Source of the DNA: Synechococcus elongatus PCC 6301
Lineage (GTDB): Bacteria > Cyanobacteriota > Cyanobacteriia > Synechococcales > Synechococcaceae
Assembly: GCF_000010065.1 (NCBI RefSeq)
Contig: NC_006576.1
Span: 180,001-212,000, forward strand
Length of the DNA: 32,000 nucleotides
Direction of reading: 5' to 3'
In this document: positions 19,633-27,667 of the stretch, one piece after another
Layout: each line of letters begins with the position of its first letter
How positions within the stretch are numbered: the first letter of the stretch is position 1
The notes under the pieces: model-generated
The model's input: the letters and a program-made list of their open reading frames with translations, nothing else
Told to the model about the DNA's origin: nothing
The model's database searches: none
Translations under genes and position numbers: made by a program

Positions 19633-20874
19633 ATGCGTATGGATATTTTGATTCTGTCCAACGGCCCAGGGGAAGTTGCCACTTGGGTACGCCCTGTGGT
19701 TAAGGCTCTACGACAACAGTTGGGTGACAATCGCGATCGCCTGCGTCTCTCCCTAGTCCTTGCACCCTGCAGTAATGGCACCGGTCAGGAAGCGGCGGCG
19801 GCAGCTCGCTATCCTGAGCTCGATCGCATCCAAGCCGTTGAGCATTTCTGGCCATTCCTCCTCTGGGGCAAAACTGCGGATAACTGGGACTGGCGATCGC
19901 AGGGCTTGGTGATCTTCCTTGGCGGCGATCAGTTTTTTGCCCTCTGGATTGCCCGACGCTTGGGCTACCGCTGCTTGATCTACGCGGAATGGGAAGCCCG
20001 CTGGACTGGCTGGGCTGATGCCTTTGCGGTAATGACGCCCCAGGTGATTGAGAAAGCACCGCAGAAAGACCGTCACAAGTTTCAGTTGGTTGGCGATTTA
20101 ATGGCGGAGGTCTCAGCGCAGGCTGGATCTGAATCCACACGATCGCGGGTGGGTCTTCTGCCCGGATCCAAAGCAGCTAAATTGCAGATCGGCTTGCCCT
20201 TCATGCTGGCGGCGGCTGAAGCGATCGCGGCTCAGCAACCAGAGATGGAGTTTATTCTGCCACTCGCACCGACCGTGCAACCGCAGCAGATCGCTCGCTA
20301 TGCGGATGCGGATCAAAATCCCGTCATTGCAATGTTTCGGGGTAGTTCCGCCCGTTTAGAAGAGCAACCCACAGGTTGGGTGCTGACGACCGAAAAAGGG
20401 CTAACCGTAAGGTTGATCACGGAATTTCCAGCCTATGTCGAGTTGGCCCAGTGCCAGATCTGCCTGACCACGATCGGCGCGAATACAGCAGAATTAGGCG
20501 CGCTGGCGGTGCCGATGTTGGTGCTGCTGCCAACCCAAAAACGGGATGCGATGAAAGCCTGGGACGGCTTGCCGGGCTTGCTGGTCAAGGTGCCACTGTT
20601 GGGCAATGCGATCGCTAGCCTGATTAATACCTTGGCGCTGCGCAAAGTGGGTCTGCTGGCTTGGCCGAATATTTGGGCGAAGCGGGCGATCGTGCCCGAG
20701 TTGATCGGCGAATACTATCCCGAGGATATTGCCGCGATCGCTCTCGACTATCTCCAGAACCCAGAGAAACTGTCGGCCATGCAAGCGGAACTCAGAGCGG
20801 TTCGCGGTGAGGCCGGTGCGGCCCAAAAACTAGCGGCGATCGCGGCTCAATTGCTAACTCCTGCAGCGCAATAA
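19633..20874 (+). CDS. LpxB-like / lipid-A-disaccharide synthase-related glycosyltransferase-fold protein
   Basis: 413 aa; ILILSNGPGEVATWVRPVVKALR; KFQLVGDLMAE; VGLLPGSKAAKLQIGLPFMLAAAEAI; ICLTTIGANTAELGALAVPMLVLLPTQ. The start may be the internal ATG at 19639 (MDILILSNGPG). Confidence 0.75.
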   Translation: MRMDILILSNGPGEVATWVRPVVKALRQQLGDNRDRLRLSLVLAPCSNGTGQEAAAAARYPELDRIQAVEHFWPFLLWGKTADNWDWRSQGLVIFLGGDQFFALWIARRLGYRCLIYAEWEARWTGWADAFAVMTPQVIEKAPQKDRHKFQLVGDLMAEVSAQAGSESTRSRVGLLPGSKAAKLQIGLPFMLAAAEAIAAQQPEMEFILPLAPTVQPQQIARYADADQNPVIAMFRGSSARLEEQPTGWVLTTEKGLTVRLITEFPAYVELAQCQICLTTIGANTAELGALAVPMLVLLPTQKRDAMKAWDGLPGLLVKVPLLGNAIASLINTLALRKVGLLAWPNIWAKRAIVPELIGEYYPEDIAAIALDYLQNPEKLSAMQAELRAVRGEAGAAQKLAAIAAQLLTPAAQ

Positions 20875-20920
20875 GTGCCTGTAGGCGGTATTTATCAGCA
20901 TCAGTTGGATAGCTGAGTGA

Positions 20921-23260
20921 TCACAGCTCATCATCGCTGCCGCTTGACAGCCGCCGGATATGCAGCACATCGCTCATCTGGCGGATTTGAGAAAACGTCC
21001 GTCCCAGCTGATCTGCACTAGCAAGATCGATACAGAGATCGATAATCGCTGGCTTGCCTGGGGTCGTTTTCACTTGCGCATTGCGGACGTTGATGTTGTT
21101 ATCGCTGAGGCGGGTCAGGATATCGCGTAAAACGCCAACGCGATCGAGCACGGTGATCTGAACATTGACCGGATAGGTCTGTGGCCGAGGTGCTTTGACT
21201 TCGTCCGGATTCCAGCACACCGGAATTAAGCGATCGCCCGCAATCCCTTCCACGTTTGGGCAGCTCTGGCGATGGACTGCAATGCCATGGTTACCCCGCG
21301 AAACTACTGCCAGAATTGATTCGCCAGGCAGAGGATTACAACAGCCCGCCAACCGATACACCAGCCCTTCAACACCAATAATCGGCGATCGGCTAACCGG
21401 GCGCTGGGCATCGTGGCGCTGGGTGGCTTGGCTGAGCGTCGCAGCTAGATCCGCATCCGAGAGCGCTGTGTCTGTGCCTTCCAGCAGTGCCGGTTGCTGC
21501 GATCGCACAGCATCACGGATGCGATTGACCACCAAAGTAATGGTCATTTCGCCGTAGCCGATCGCCGCCAGCAGGTCATCGGGACTGGGGTAGTTGCAGC
21601 GCTCCGCAACCTTTTGCATCGGCTCCGATTTCAGCAGCGCTTCAAAGCCGGGCTTGCCCAGCTCTTTCTCCAGCATTTCGCGGCCGCGTGCAATGTTTTC
21701 ATCGCGATGGCTACGTTTATACCACTGACGAATCCGGTTTTTGGCCGCTGAAGTAACAACAAAATTGAGCCAGTCCAAACTAGGACGAGCATTTTTTTGG
21801 GTCAGAATCTCGACGATATCGCCGTTATTGAGGCGAGTCTCCAGCGGTACTATCCGGCCATTAACCTTTGCACCTGCACAACGGTTCCCCACTTCGGTGT
21901 GAATGCGATAGGCAAAGTCAACCGGTGTCGATCGCTGGGCTAAGGCAATCACATCGCCGCCGGGAGTGAAGACGTAAACATCCTCATCAAACAGGTTGTC
22001 TTTAATATTCTCCAGATACTCCTTGGCATCTTTGAGATCGTGTTGCCATTCCAGCAACTGACGCAGCCAAGTAAACTTCTCGTCTTCGGTCGAAAATTTC
22101 CCAGCTGAGCCGCCGCTTTCCTTGTATTTCCAGTGGGCAGCGATCCCGTATTCAGCAATTCGGTGCATTTCCAGCGTCCGAATTTGAATTTCTAGGGGAC
22201 GACCTGAAAGGCCAATCACCGTCGTGTGAAGGGATTGATAGCGATTGGGCTTAGGCAGACCGATATAGTCTTTAAAGCGACCTGGAATCGGTCGAAAGGC
22301 ATCGTGAACAACAGCAAGTGCTCGATAGCATTCATCATTGCTATTGACGATAATCCGCAGCGCTGCTACATCAAAAATTTCGTGGAACTCCTTCTGCTGC
22401 ATCTGCATCTTGCGATAGATGCTGTAGAGGTGCTTGGGACGACCGCTGACATCAACGGGCTCAATTCCAATTTGTGATAAGCGATCGCGCAGAATCTGTA
22501 CCGATTGCTCTAGCCGCGCCTCACGATCGGCTCGTTTTTCAGCGACGTGGCCTTGGATTGAGCGATATTGCTCTGCATCCAAATATTTGAATGAGAGATC
22601 TTCCAGCTCCCACTTAACACGACCAATGCCCAATCGATTGGCCAGCGGCGCAAAGATATCCATCGTTTCTTTAGCGATCCGCTTCTGCTTTGTGGAGGCA
22701 AGATGCTCCAACGTCCGCATGTTGTGGAGGCGATCGGCCAATTTGACTAAAATGACGCGGATGTCCTGGGCCATGGCCAAAAACATGCGCCGAAAATTCT
22801 CAGCCTGCTGTTCAGTTTTGCTCGAGAAGTTGAACTTCGAAAGCTTGGTCACGCCTTCAACGAGCTGACGAACTTCCGCACCAAAGCGCTCTTCAATCTC
22901 CTCGGGTGTGACTTCAGTGTCTTCGACAACATCGTGGAGAAAACCCGCACAGATCACTGCAGCACTGCCACCCAGATCGCGGAGCAGCCCAGCAACAGCT
23001 ACAGGATGGGCAATGTAGGGCTCGCCCGAGGCGCGGTATTGCCCTTCATGTAGGGAATAGGCGAAGCGAAAAGCGCGGGCAATTAGACAGTGATCACTGC
23101 CGTCAGGCGACTCCTCACTCTGCTGTTCCTCGTGGCTGAGACTTTGCTCAAGCCAAGCCGGTAACTCAACAGCAAAGGTTGAAGGGAAATTGGCGGCTGG
23201 GGCAGCGACGTTCATGGCATCAGCGGAGAAAGGGACTGCCGGCAAACCGGCTGACGGCAT
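20921..23260 (-). CDS. spoT: Bifunctional (p)ppGpp synthetase/hydrolase RelA/SpoT
   Basis: 779 aa; HD domain YIAHPVAVAGLLRDLGG...AGFLHDVVEDTE; synthetase motifs RPKHLYSIYRKM and NRYQSLHTTVIG; TGS DEDVYVFTPGGDVIALA; C-terminal ACT. The likely start is 23215 (MNVAAPAANFP). Confidence 0.95.
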   Translation of the reverse strand: MPSAGLPAVPFSADAMNVAAPAANFPSTFAVELPAWLEQSLSHEEQQSEESPDGSDHCLIARAFRFAYSLHEGQYRASGEPYIAHPVAVAGLLRDLGGSAAVICAGFLHDVVEDTEVTPEEIEERFGAEVRQLVEGVTKLSKFNFSSKTEQQAENFRRMFLAMAQDIRVILVKLADRLHNMRTLEHLASTKQKRIAKETMDIFAPLANRLGIGRVKWELEDLSFKYLDAEQYRSIQGHVAEKRADREARLEQSVQILRDRLSQIGIEPVDVSGRPKHLYSIYRKMQMQQKEFHEIFDVAALRIIVNSNDECYRALAVVHDAFRPIPGRFKDYIGLPKPNRYQSLHTTVIGLSGRPLEIQIRTLEMHRIAEYGIAAHWKYKESGGSAGKFSTEDEKFTWLRQLLEWQHDLKDAKEYLENIKDNLFDEDVYVFTPGGDVIALAQRSTPVDFAYRIHTEVGNRCAGAKVNGRIVPLETRLNNGDIVEILTQKNARPSLDWLNFVVTSAAKNRIRQWYKRSHRDENIARGREMLEKELGKPGFEALLKSEPMQKVAERCNYPSPDDLLAAIGYGEMTITLVVNRIRDAVRSQQPALLEGTDTALSDADLAATLSQATQRHDAQRPVSRSPIIGVEGLVYRLAGCCNPLPGESILAVVSRGNHGIAVHRQSCPNVEGIAGDRLIPVCWNPDEVKAPRPQTYPVNVQITVLDRVGVLRDILTRLSDNNINVRNAQVKTTPGKPAIIDLCIDLASADQLGRTFSQIRQMSDVLHIRRLSSGSDDEL

Positions 23261-23497
23261 CGAACGTGCGATCGCTCCCCTTTTGGCTGGTGCAACTGCA
23301 GCAGTTCATTGGGAAGCTCGGCAGTTGTGCACCGATCTTAACCGTTAATTTCCTGTGAGTCAGGGGGGTGACAGGAATGCTAGTGGACTGAATCGCAAGA
23401 TTCTGGGTCTGAATCCAGTCATTCTTGGTGCAAACGGCAAACCTAGGTCTTGATTCCTGGTGGGAAAATGGCAAGCTAGCTGTGCGAAAGGCGATGG

Positions 23498-24094
23498 ATG
23501 GAAATGATGCGCAAATCTGCAGTCGCGATCGCTGGCGTGTTAGCCGCACTGTCAGCTTCGACCGCTTGGGCCCAGTCCAGTATTCCACTGCCGACCGTGC
23601 CGGCTGGCGGTGGCTCGTCACTCAGCACAACCCCCTTGAAACCCTTGAGCGATCGGTTTGTGGTGCGGCTCCGCTACACAGGTCCTGGTCTGAGCTTGCA
23701 AAGCGCTCTACCAATTCAAGAGGTCATGACTGTTGACCAAAATGTCACGGATAGCAGGGGCCAGGTCATCCTACCGATCGGGACGCCAGTGCTCGGCCGC
23801 TTTGAAACTAATCAGCAGGGCAGTCGGTTTGTTGCACAAGCGCTTGTCCTCAATGGAGTCTCAGTACCGATCTATGCCATTTCAGAGGTCATCACCGGCC
23901 CGCCTACGGCTGATGGCGGTCGTGTTGCCAACAATGCAGGTGTAGGCGCAGCGGCAGGACTAGTGGTTGGAGGACCCGTGGGGTTAGTCGGGGGGGCTGC
24001 TGTCGGAGCTGCATCAGCCTTTGGGAGTGGCTTGCCGGCGACGAGTCTTCAACCCAATCAAGTGCTGGAAGTCTTGCTGACCAGTGCTTGGTAA
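23498..24094 (+). CDS. Exported glycine-rich protein of unknown function
   Basis: 198 aa with a signal peptide (MMRKSAVAIAGVLAALSASTAWAQ) and a glycine-zipper-like stretch NNAGVGAAAGLVVGGPVGLVGGAAVGAASAFGSG. Confidence 0.65.
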   Translation: MEMMRKSAVAIAGVLAALSASTAWAQSSIPLPTVPAGGGSSLSTTPLKPLSDRFVVRLRYTGPGLSLQSALPIQEVMTVDQNVTDSRGQVILPIGTPVLGRFETNQQGSRFVAQALVLNGVSVPIYAISEVITGPPTADGGRVANNAGVGAAAGLVVGGPVGLVGGAAVGAASAFGSGLPATSLQPNQVLEVLLTSAW

Positions 24095-24293
24095 GGGAAC
24101 GTTAAGCTCGAATCAACGGCAGTCTGGACGTTGACCTGCCTAGAAGTGGAAACGGCTGCCCTGTCTGGCTGGAAGCGATCGCTGTTCAGGGCTGGCTAAC
24201 CGTTTTGGTTTGACACTGTCGATTAGCCCCGATGTCTAGCGCCAGTTATGCCGCCATCCAGCCCTGTCATTCGACTTTTCCAAGGATTTTGTA

Positions 24294-24815
24294 ATGACTA
24301 CCGATCTGCTCGTGATTAGTGCCAGCAATGGCGAGAATCTCAAGCTGGCAAACCGTTTTGCAGAAACAGGTTCGGCCCAAGGATTAACAAGCACTGTTTT
24401 AGACCTAACGGCCGTTGATTTACCGCTTTACACCCCTCGGCAGCAGGCTAACCAAGGGTTCCCCAGTAATTTATCCAGCCTGAGCCAACAGCTGGATGCG
24501 GCTCCCCGTTGGGTGCTCTGCGTACCCGAGTACAACGGCTCGATCCCGCCGGTTCTCACCAGTGCGATCGCGTGGCTGTCGGTGCAGGGCAATGACTTTC
24601 GTCGCCTGTTTAATGGACGGCCAATCGCGATGGCGACCTACTCTGGCGGGGGTGGCCATACCGTCCTCACTGCCCTCCGGCTGCAGCTGGCTCACCTCGG
24701 CGCCCATGTGGTCGGTCGTCAGCTGGTCAGCAACTCTGGGAAACCGGCTCAGGACAGCAGTATCGAAGATTTGATTCTGCGGCTCCAAAATATTCCCTAC
24801 CATCCCCTCGGGTAG
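24294..24815 (+). CDS. NADPH-dependent FMN reductase family flavoprotein
   Basis: 173 aa; LLVISASNGENLKLANRFAE; WVLCVPEYNGSIPPVLTSAIAWLS; PIAMATYSGGGGHTVLTALRLQLAHLGAHVV. Confidence 0.85.
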   Translation: MTTDLLVISASNGENLKLANRFAETGSAQGLTSTVLDLTAVDLPLYTPRQQANQGFPSNLSSLSQQLDAAPRWVLCVPEYNGSIPPVLTSAIAWLSVQGNDFRRLFNGRPIAMATYSGGGGHTVLTALRLQLAHLGAHVVGRQLVSNSGKPAQDSSIEDLILRLQNIPYHPLG

Positions 24816-24885
24816 TGGGGTGACTGGTTCACAGCTTGCAACAGCAGTCCAGAAGCGTGGGCTGGAGCCGCCGTAAGCTAAGAGC

Positions 24886-26517
24886 ATGACTGCGATTGCC
24901 ATGACTCCCTTAGCTCATTGGCTGGAGACGACTGCCTCCGCTGATTTAGGGCCTGCTCGCTACTGGTACGAGGCTGCTTGCCCGCGCACCCAACGCTGGC
25001 TACGGTTACCCCGTACGGTCCTAGCGGAACAGTTAGCAGTGCAGCTGATGCAACGGCTGGAGATCCAAGGGCTGCCGCTGTTGGAAGGCAAGATGTTTGG
25101 CCTGCTGATCGCTGCCAACGATCAGGGCGATCGTTTTGTCCTGCAAGCTTTCTCGGGATCGCTACAGGGTAAAGCCGAATGGCCGGGCTGGGTGCCGCCA
25201 ATTCCGGGGCGGGAACGAACGCGGCTGCAGGAAGAATTGACGTTGCTGGAACTGCAGGAGATTCGGACTGCACTGCAAGACAATCAGCAGCACCCTATCC
25301 GTGCGGAACTCAAAACAGCGGAACAGGTCTGGCAAAATCGCCTAGACCAGCTCAAAGCGGAACAGCAGCAACGCCGGTTGCAACGGCAACAGGATCGCGA
25401 GCAGGCGATCGCCCAACTTACGGGCGAAGCACTAGCGCACCGTCTCTGGGAAATCGAACAAGCGGGGGCTGACGATGGATTTGCGCGATCGCGCCTCAAA
25501 CAGGCTCGTCGACAGGAATTAGCAGCCTTGCAAGCTCAGGTGGCTGAACTGGAGGCTGAGTGGTTGCGACTGCGTCGCCGTCGGCGCGCCATTTCTCAAG
25601 CCTTGCAAACGGCCATGCATCAAAGCGCCACTTTGCGCAGTTTTGATGGTGTGGAACAGGCAATCGCCAGTTTAGGCCGTCTGCCCACGGGCACCGGTGA
25701 TTGTTGCCTGCCGAAGCTCTTGCATTGGGCGGGGGTAGCGGGCCTGACCCCCCTTTCGATCGCGGAATTTTGGTGGGGCCCCCCGCTCAGCGATCGCCAA
25801 GCGGGGCAATTTTACGGGCCTTGCCGCGATCGCTGCCAGCCAATTTTGGGCCACCTTCTAGCTGGATTGCCACCCAGTTCAGATGAGCCGCTGGAACTGC
25901 CAATTCTTTATGAAGATGCGGATCTGTTAGCGATCATCAAACCAGCCGGACTGCTGTCGGTGCCCGGTACGAGGGGTTTGCAGCAGGCCAGTGCCATTCA
26001 GCTGTTACGCCAGCAGTTTCCAGATCTGCCGACCTACTGCGTGGTTCACCGTCTTGATCAAGCAACATCGGGCATTCTCTTAGTGGCTCGCAATCGCCCC
26101 ACACAAGTGGCTTTGTTTGAACAATTTCGCCGCCGGCAAGTTCATAAAGTCTACGAGGCACTGTTGGAGGGTCAGCCCGATTGCACTGCAGGGACGATCG
26201 ATTTACCTTTGCGGCCCGACTGGACGCGGCGACCCTATCAACTCGTCGATCGAGATCGCGGCCGTCCAGCGCTGACTTACTATCGCTGCATCGACCAAAC
26301 AGGCGATCGCTGTCGCATGGAGCTGGAGCCTATTACTGGCCGCACGCATCAATTGCGAGTTCACATGGCGCATCCTGAGGGATTAGGGCAACCCATTCTC
26401 GGCGATGATCTCTACGGACAAAGCAGCGATCGCCTCTATTTACATGCGCGATCAATTCGCTTTCGGCACCCCAGCCAGCTCGACTGGATTCAGCTGACCA
26501 CAGACACCCCTTTTTGA
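24886..26517 (+). CDS. RluA-type RNA pseudouridine synthase with long N-terminal extension
   Basis: 543 aa; the C-terminal catalytic domain has YCVVHRLDQATSGILLVARN and EPITGRTHQLRVHMAHPEGLGQPILGDDLYG; the N-terminal ~340 aa are largely charged/coiled-coil. Confidence 0.9.
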   Translation: MTAIAMTPLAHWLETTASADLGPARYWYEAACPRTQRWLRLPRTVLAEQLAVQLMQRLEIQGLPLLEGKMFGLLIAANDQGDRFVLQAFSGSLQGKAEWPGWVPPIPGRERTRLQEELTLLELQEIRTALQDNQQHPIRAELKTAEQVWQNRLDQLKAEQQQRRLQRQQDREQAIAQLTGEALAHRLWEIEQAGADDGFARSRLKQARRQELAALQAQVAELEAEWLRLRRRRRAISQALQTAMHQSATLRSFDGVEQAIASLGRLPTGTGDCCLPKLLHWAGVAGLTPLSIAEFWWGPPLSDRQAGQFYGPCRDRCQPILGHLLAGLPPSSDEPLELPILYEDADLLAIIKPAGLLSVPGTRGLQQASAIQLLRQQFPDLPTYCVVHRLDQATSGILLVARNRPTQVALFEQFRRRQVHKVYEALLEGQPDCTAGTIDLPLRPDWTRRPYQLVDRDRGRPALTYYRCIDQTGDRCRMELEPITGRTHQLRVHMAHPEGLGQPILGDDLYGQSSDRLYLHARSIRFRHPSQLDWIQLTTDTPF

Positions 26518-26652
26518 TAGAAAATCAGGGCAATTAATGACTAAAACAAAGTCTAAAAAATCTGATTATTTCTGATTGCATTAATGATTCTGAGATTGGC
26601 TTCAGTACAAAACTTATCGTTATTTCTAACCAAAACTGAACGTCTGTCAGTA

Positions 26653-26658
26653 TATAAT
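26653..26658 (+). promoter_or_regulatory. Predicted -10 box upstream of the cobalamin riboswitch
   Basis: Perfect TATAAT just upstream of the start of the structured leader. No strong -35 is visible. Confidence 0.45.
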
Positions 26659-26663
26659 CACTA

Positions 26664-26817
26664 GGCTAACGGTTCTAGCGGGGATCAGCTGCTAGAAGCA
26701 ATGGGGAAAGTGCAGTGTAAGTCTGCCGCTGTCCCGCAACTGTAATGAGACTATTGGTCTCTGAGTCAGGACGCCCACCGTTATCCCGTCAAAACACTGT
26801 CTGCGAGGTACAGGCAA
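26664..26817 (+). promoter_or_regulatory. Cobalamin (B12) riboswitch with expression platform
   Basis: Core consensus: AATGGGGAAAGTGCAGTGTAAGTCTGCCGCTGTCCCGCAACTGTAAT ... CTGAGTCAGGACGCCCACC (B12 box), directly upstream of the hupE-like gene. GAGG Shine-Dalgarno at 26805-26808. Confidence 0.93.
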
Positions 26818-27513
26818 ATGCAAGTTAAATCAGGGCGATCGCTCTCTTCACTACAACGAAAACTCCAGAAAGTTAGTCTTTTCAGTGCACCAGTTTTACT
26901 GCTTCTCTCGATAGCATCACCTGCTTTTGCTCATCATGCTATGGGCGGACAAACACCCACCAGTATTTTTGAAGGATTACTATCGGGATTAGCCCACCCT
27001 ATCATCGGCGTTGATCACTTCGCATTTGTGATTGCTGTTGGTTTGCTGGCATCTGTAACTCGTCAAGGTTTTCTCAGTATTTTTGCCTTTGTGATCGCTG
27101 CTCTAATTGGGACAGGATTGCACCTCGCTAATCTCAATTTGCCTGGGGCTGAGCTGCTGATCTCTGGCTCAATTCTGATTTTTGGTTGCTTGCTGGCTCG
27201 CAAAAAAGCGTTGCCAGTTGCCGCGATTGCAGGGCTAGCCGCAATCGCGGGGCTTTTCCATGGCTATGCCTACGGTGAAGCGATTATTGGCGCTGGCATG
27301 CCGCCCCTGTTTGCCTATCTAGTTGGCTTTACCCTGACGCAACTCGTGATTGCTATTTCGGCTTGGGCAGTGGGATGTACCTTGATTCGGCAACAATCTG
27401 CAACCGAAAGCCTGACTGCACCTTTGAAAACAAGTGGTCTAGTGCTGGTTGGAATTGGTCTTGCCTTCCTAACTTCTGAGCTAATCAATCTGGTCTTGCC
27501 AGCAGTCGCTTAG
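26818..27513 (+). CDS. hupE: HupE/UreJ family membrane protein, predicted B12-regulated cobalt transporter
   Basis: 231 aa; AHHAMGGQTPTSIFEGLLSGLAHPIIGVDHFAFVIAVGLLA; GLFHGYAYGEAI. It lies directly downstream of a cobalamin riboswitch. Confidence 0.88.
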   Translation: MQVKSGRSLSSLQRKLQKVSLFSAPVLLLLSIASPAFAHHAMGGQTPTSIFEGLLSGLAHPIIGVDHFAFVIAVGLLASVTRQGFLSIFAFVIAALIGTGLHLANLNLPGAELLISGSILIFGCLLARKKALPVAAIAGLAAIAGLFHGYAYGEAIIGAGMPPLFAYLVGFTLTQLVIAISAWAVGCTLIRQQSATESLTAPLKTSGLVLVGIGLAFLTSELINLVLPAVA

Positions 27514-27548
27514 GGGCATGCGATTGATCACAATGGATCCCTAAAGTC

Positions 27549-27572
27549 AGGGGAGAGAAATCTCCCCTTTTT
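27549..27572 (+). terminator. hupE terminator
   Basis: Perfect 8-bp stem AGGGGAGA / TCTCCCCT with a GAAA tetraloop and T-tract. Confidence 0.85.
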
Positions 27573-27667
27573 CAATGCCTAGAGTCTGCGATCGTGCAAT
27601 CCCTCGAGACTCAAAATAGTCCGAGCTAGATTGCTCCTAGCCTTAATTGTGACTGACCCTAGCCAAC

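Noticed and set aside
19481-19639. Possible integration site at tRNA-Leu
   Set aside because: tRNA genes are common integration targets, but there is no integrase, no repeated tRNA 3' end and no foreign-looking cargo next to it. A terminator and an ordinary gene follow immediately.
21195-22868. Several ORFs within rel/spoT (21195..21557 +, 21494..21751 +, 22434..22868 +)
   Set aside because: Antisense to well-conserved RelA/SpoT catalytic and TGS sequence, with no independent support.
26640-26820. Possible short leader peptide instead of a riboswitch upstream of hupE
   Set aside because: The cobalamin riboswitch core and B12 box match closely, and no convincing short ORF with a Shine-Dalgarno was seen.
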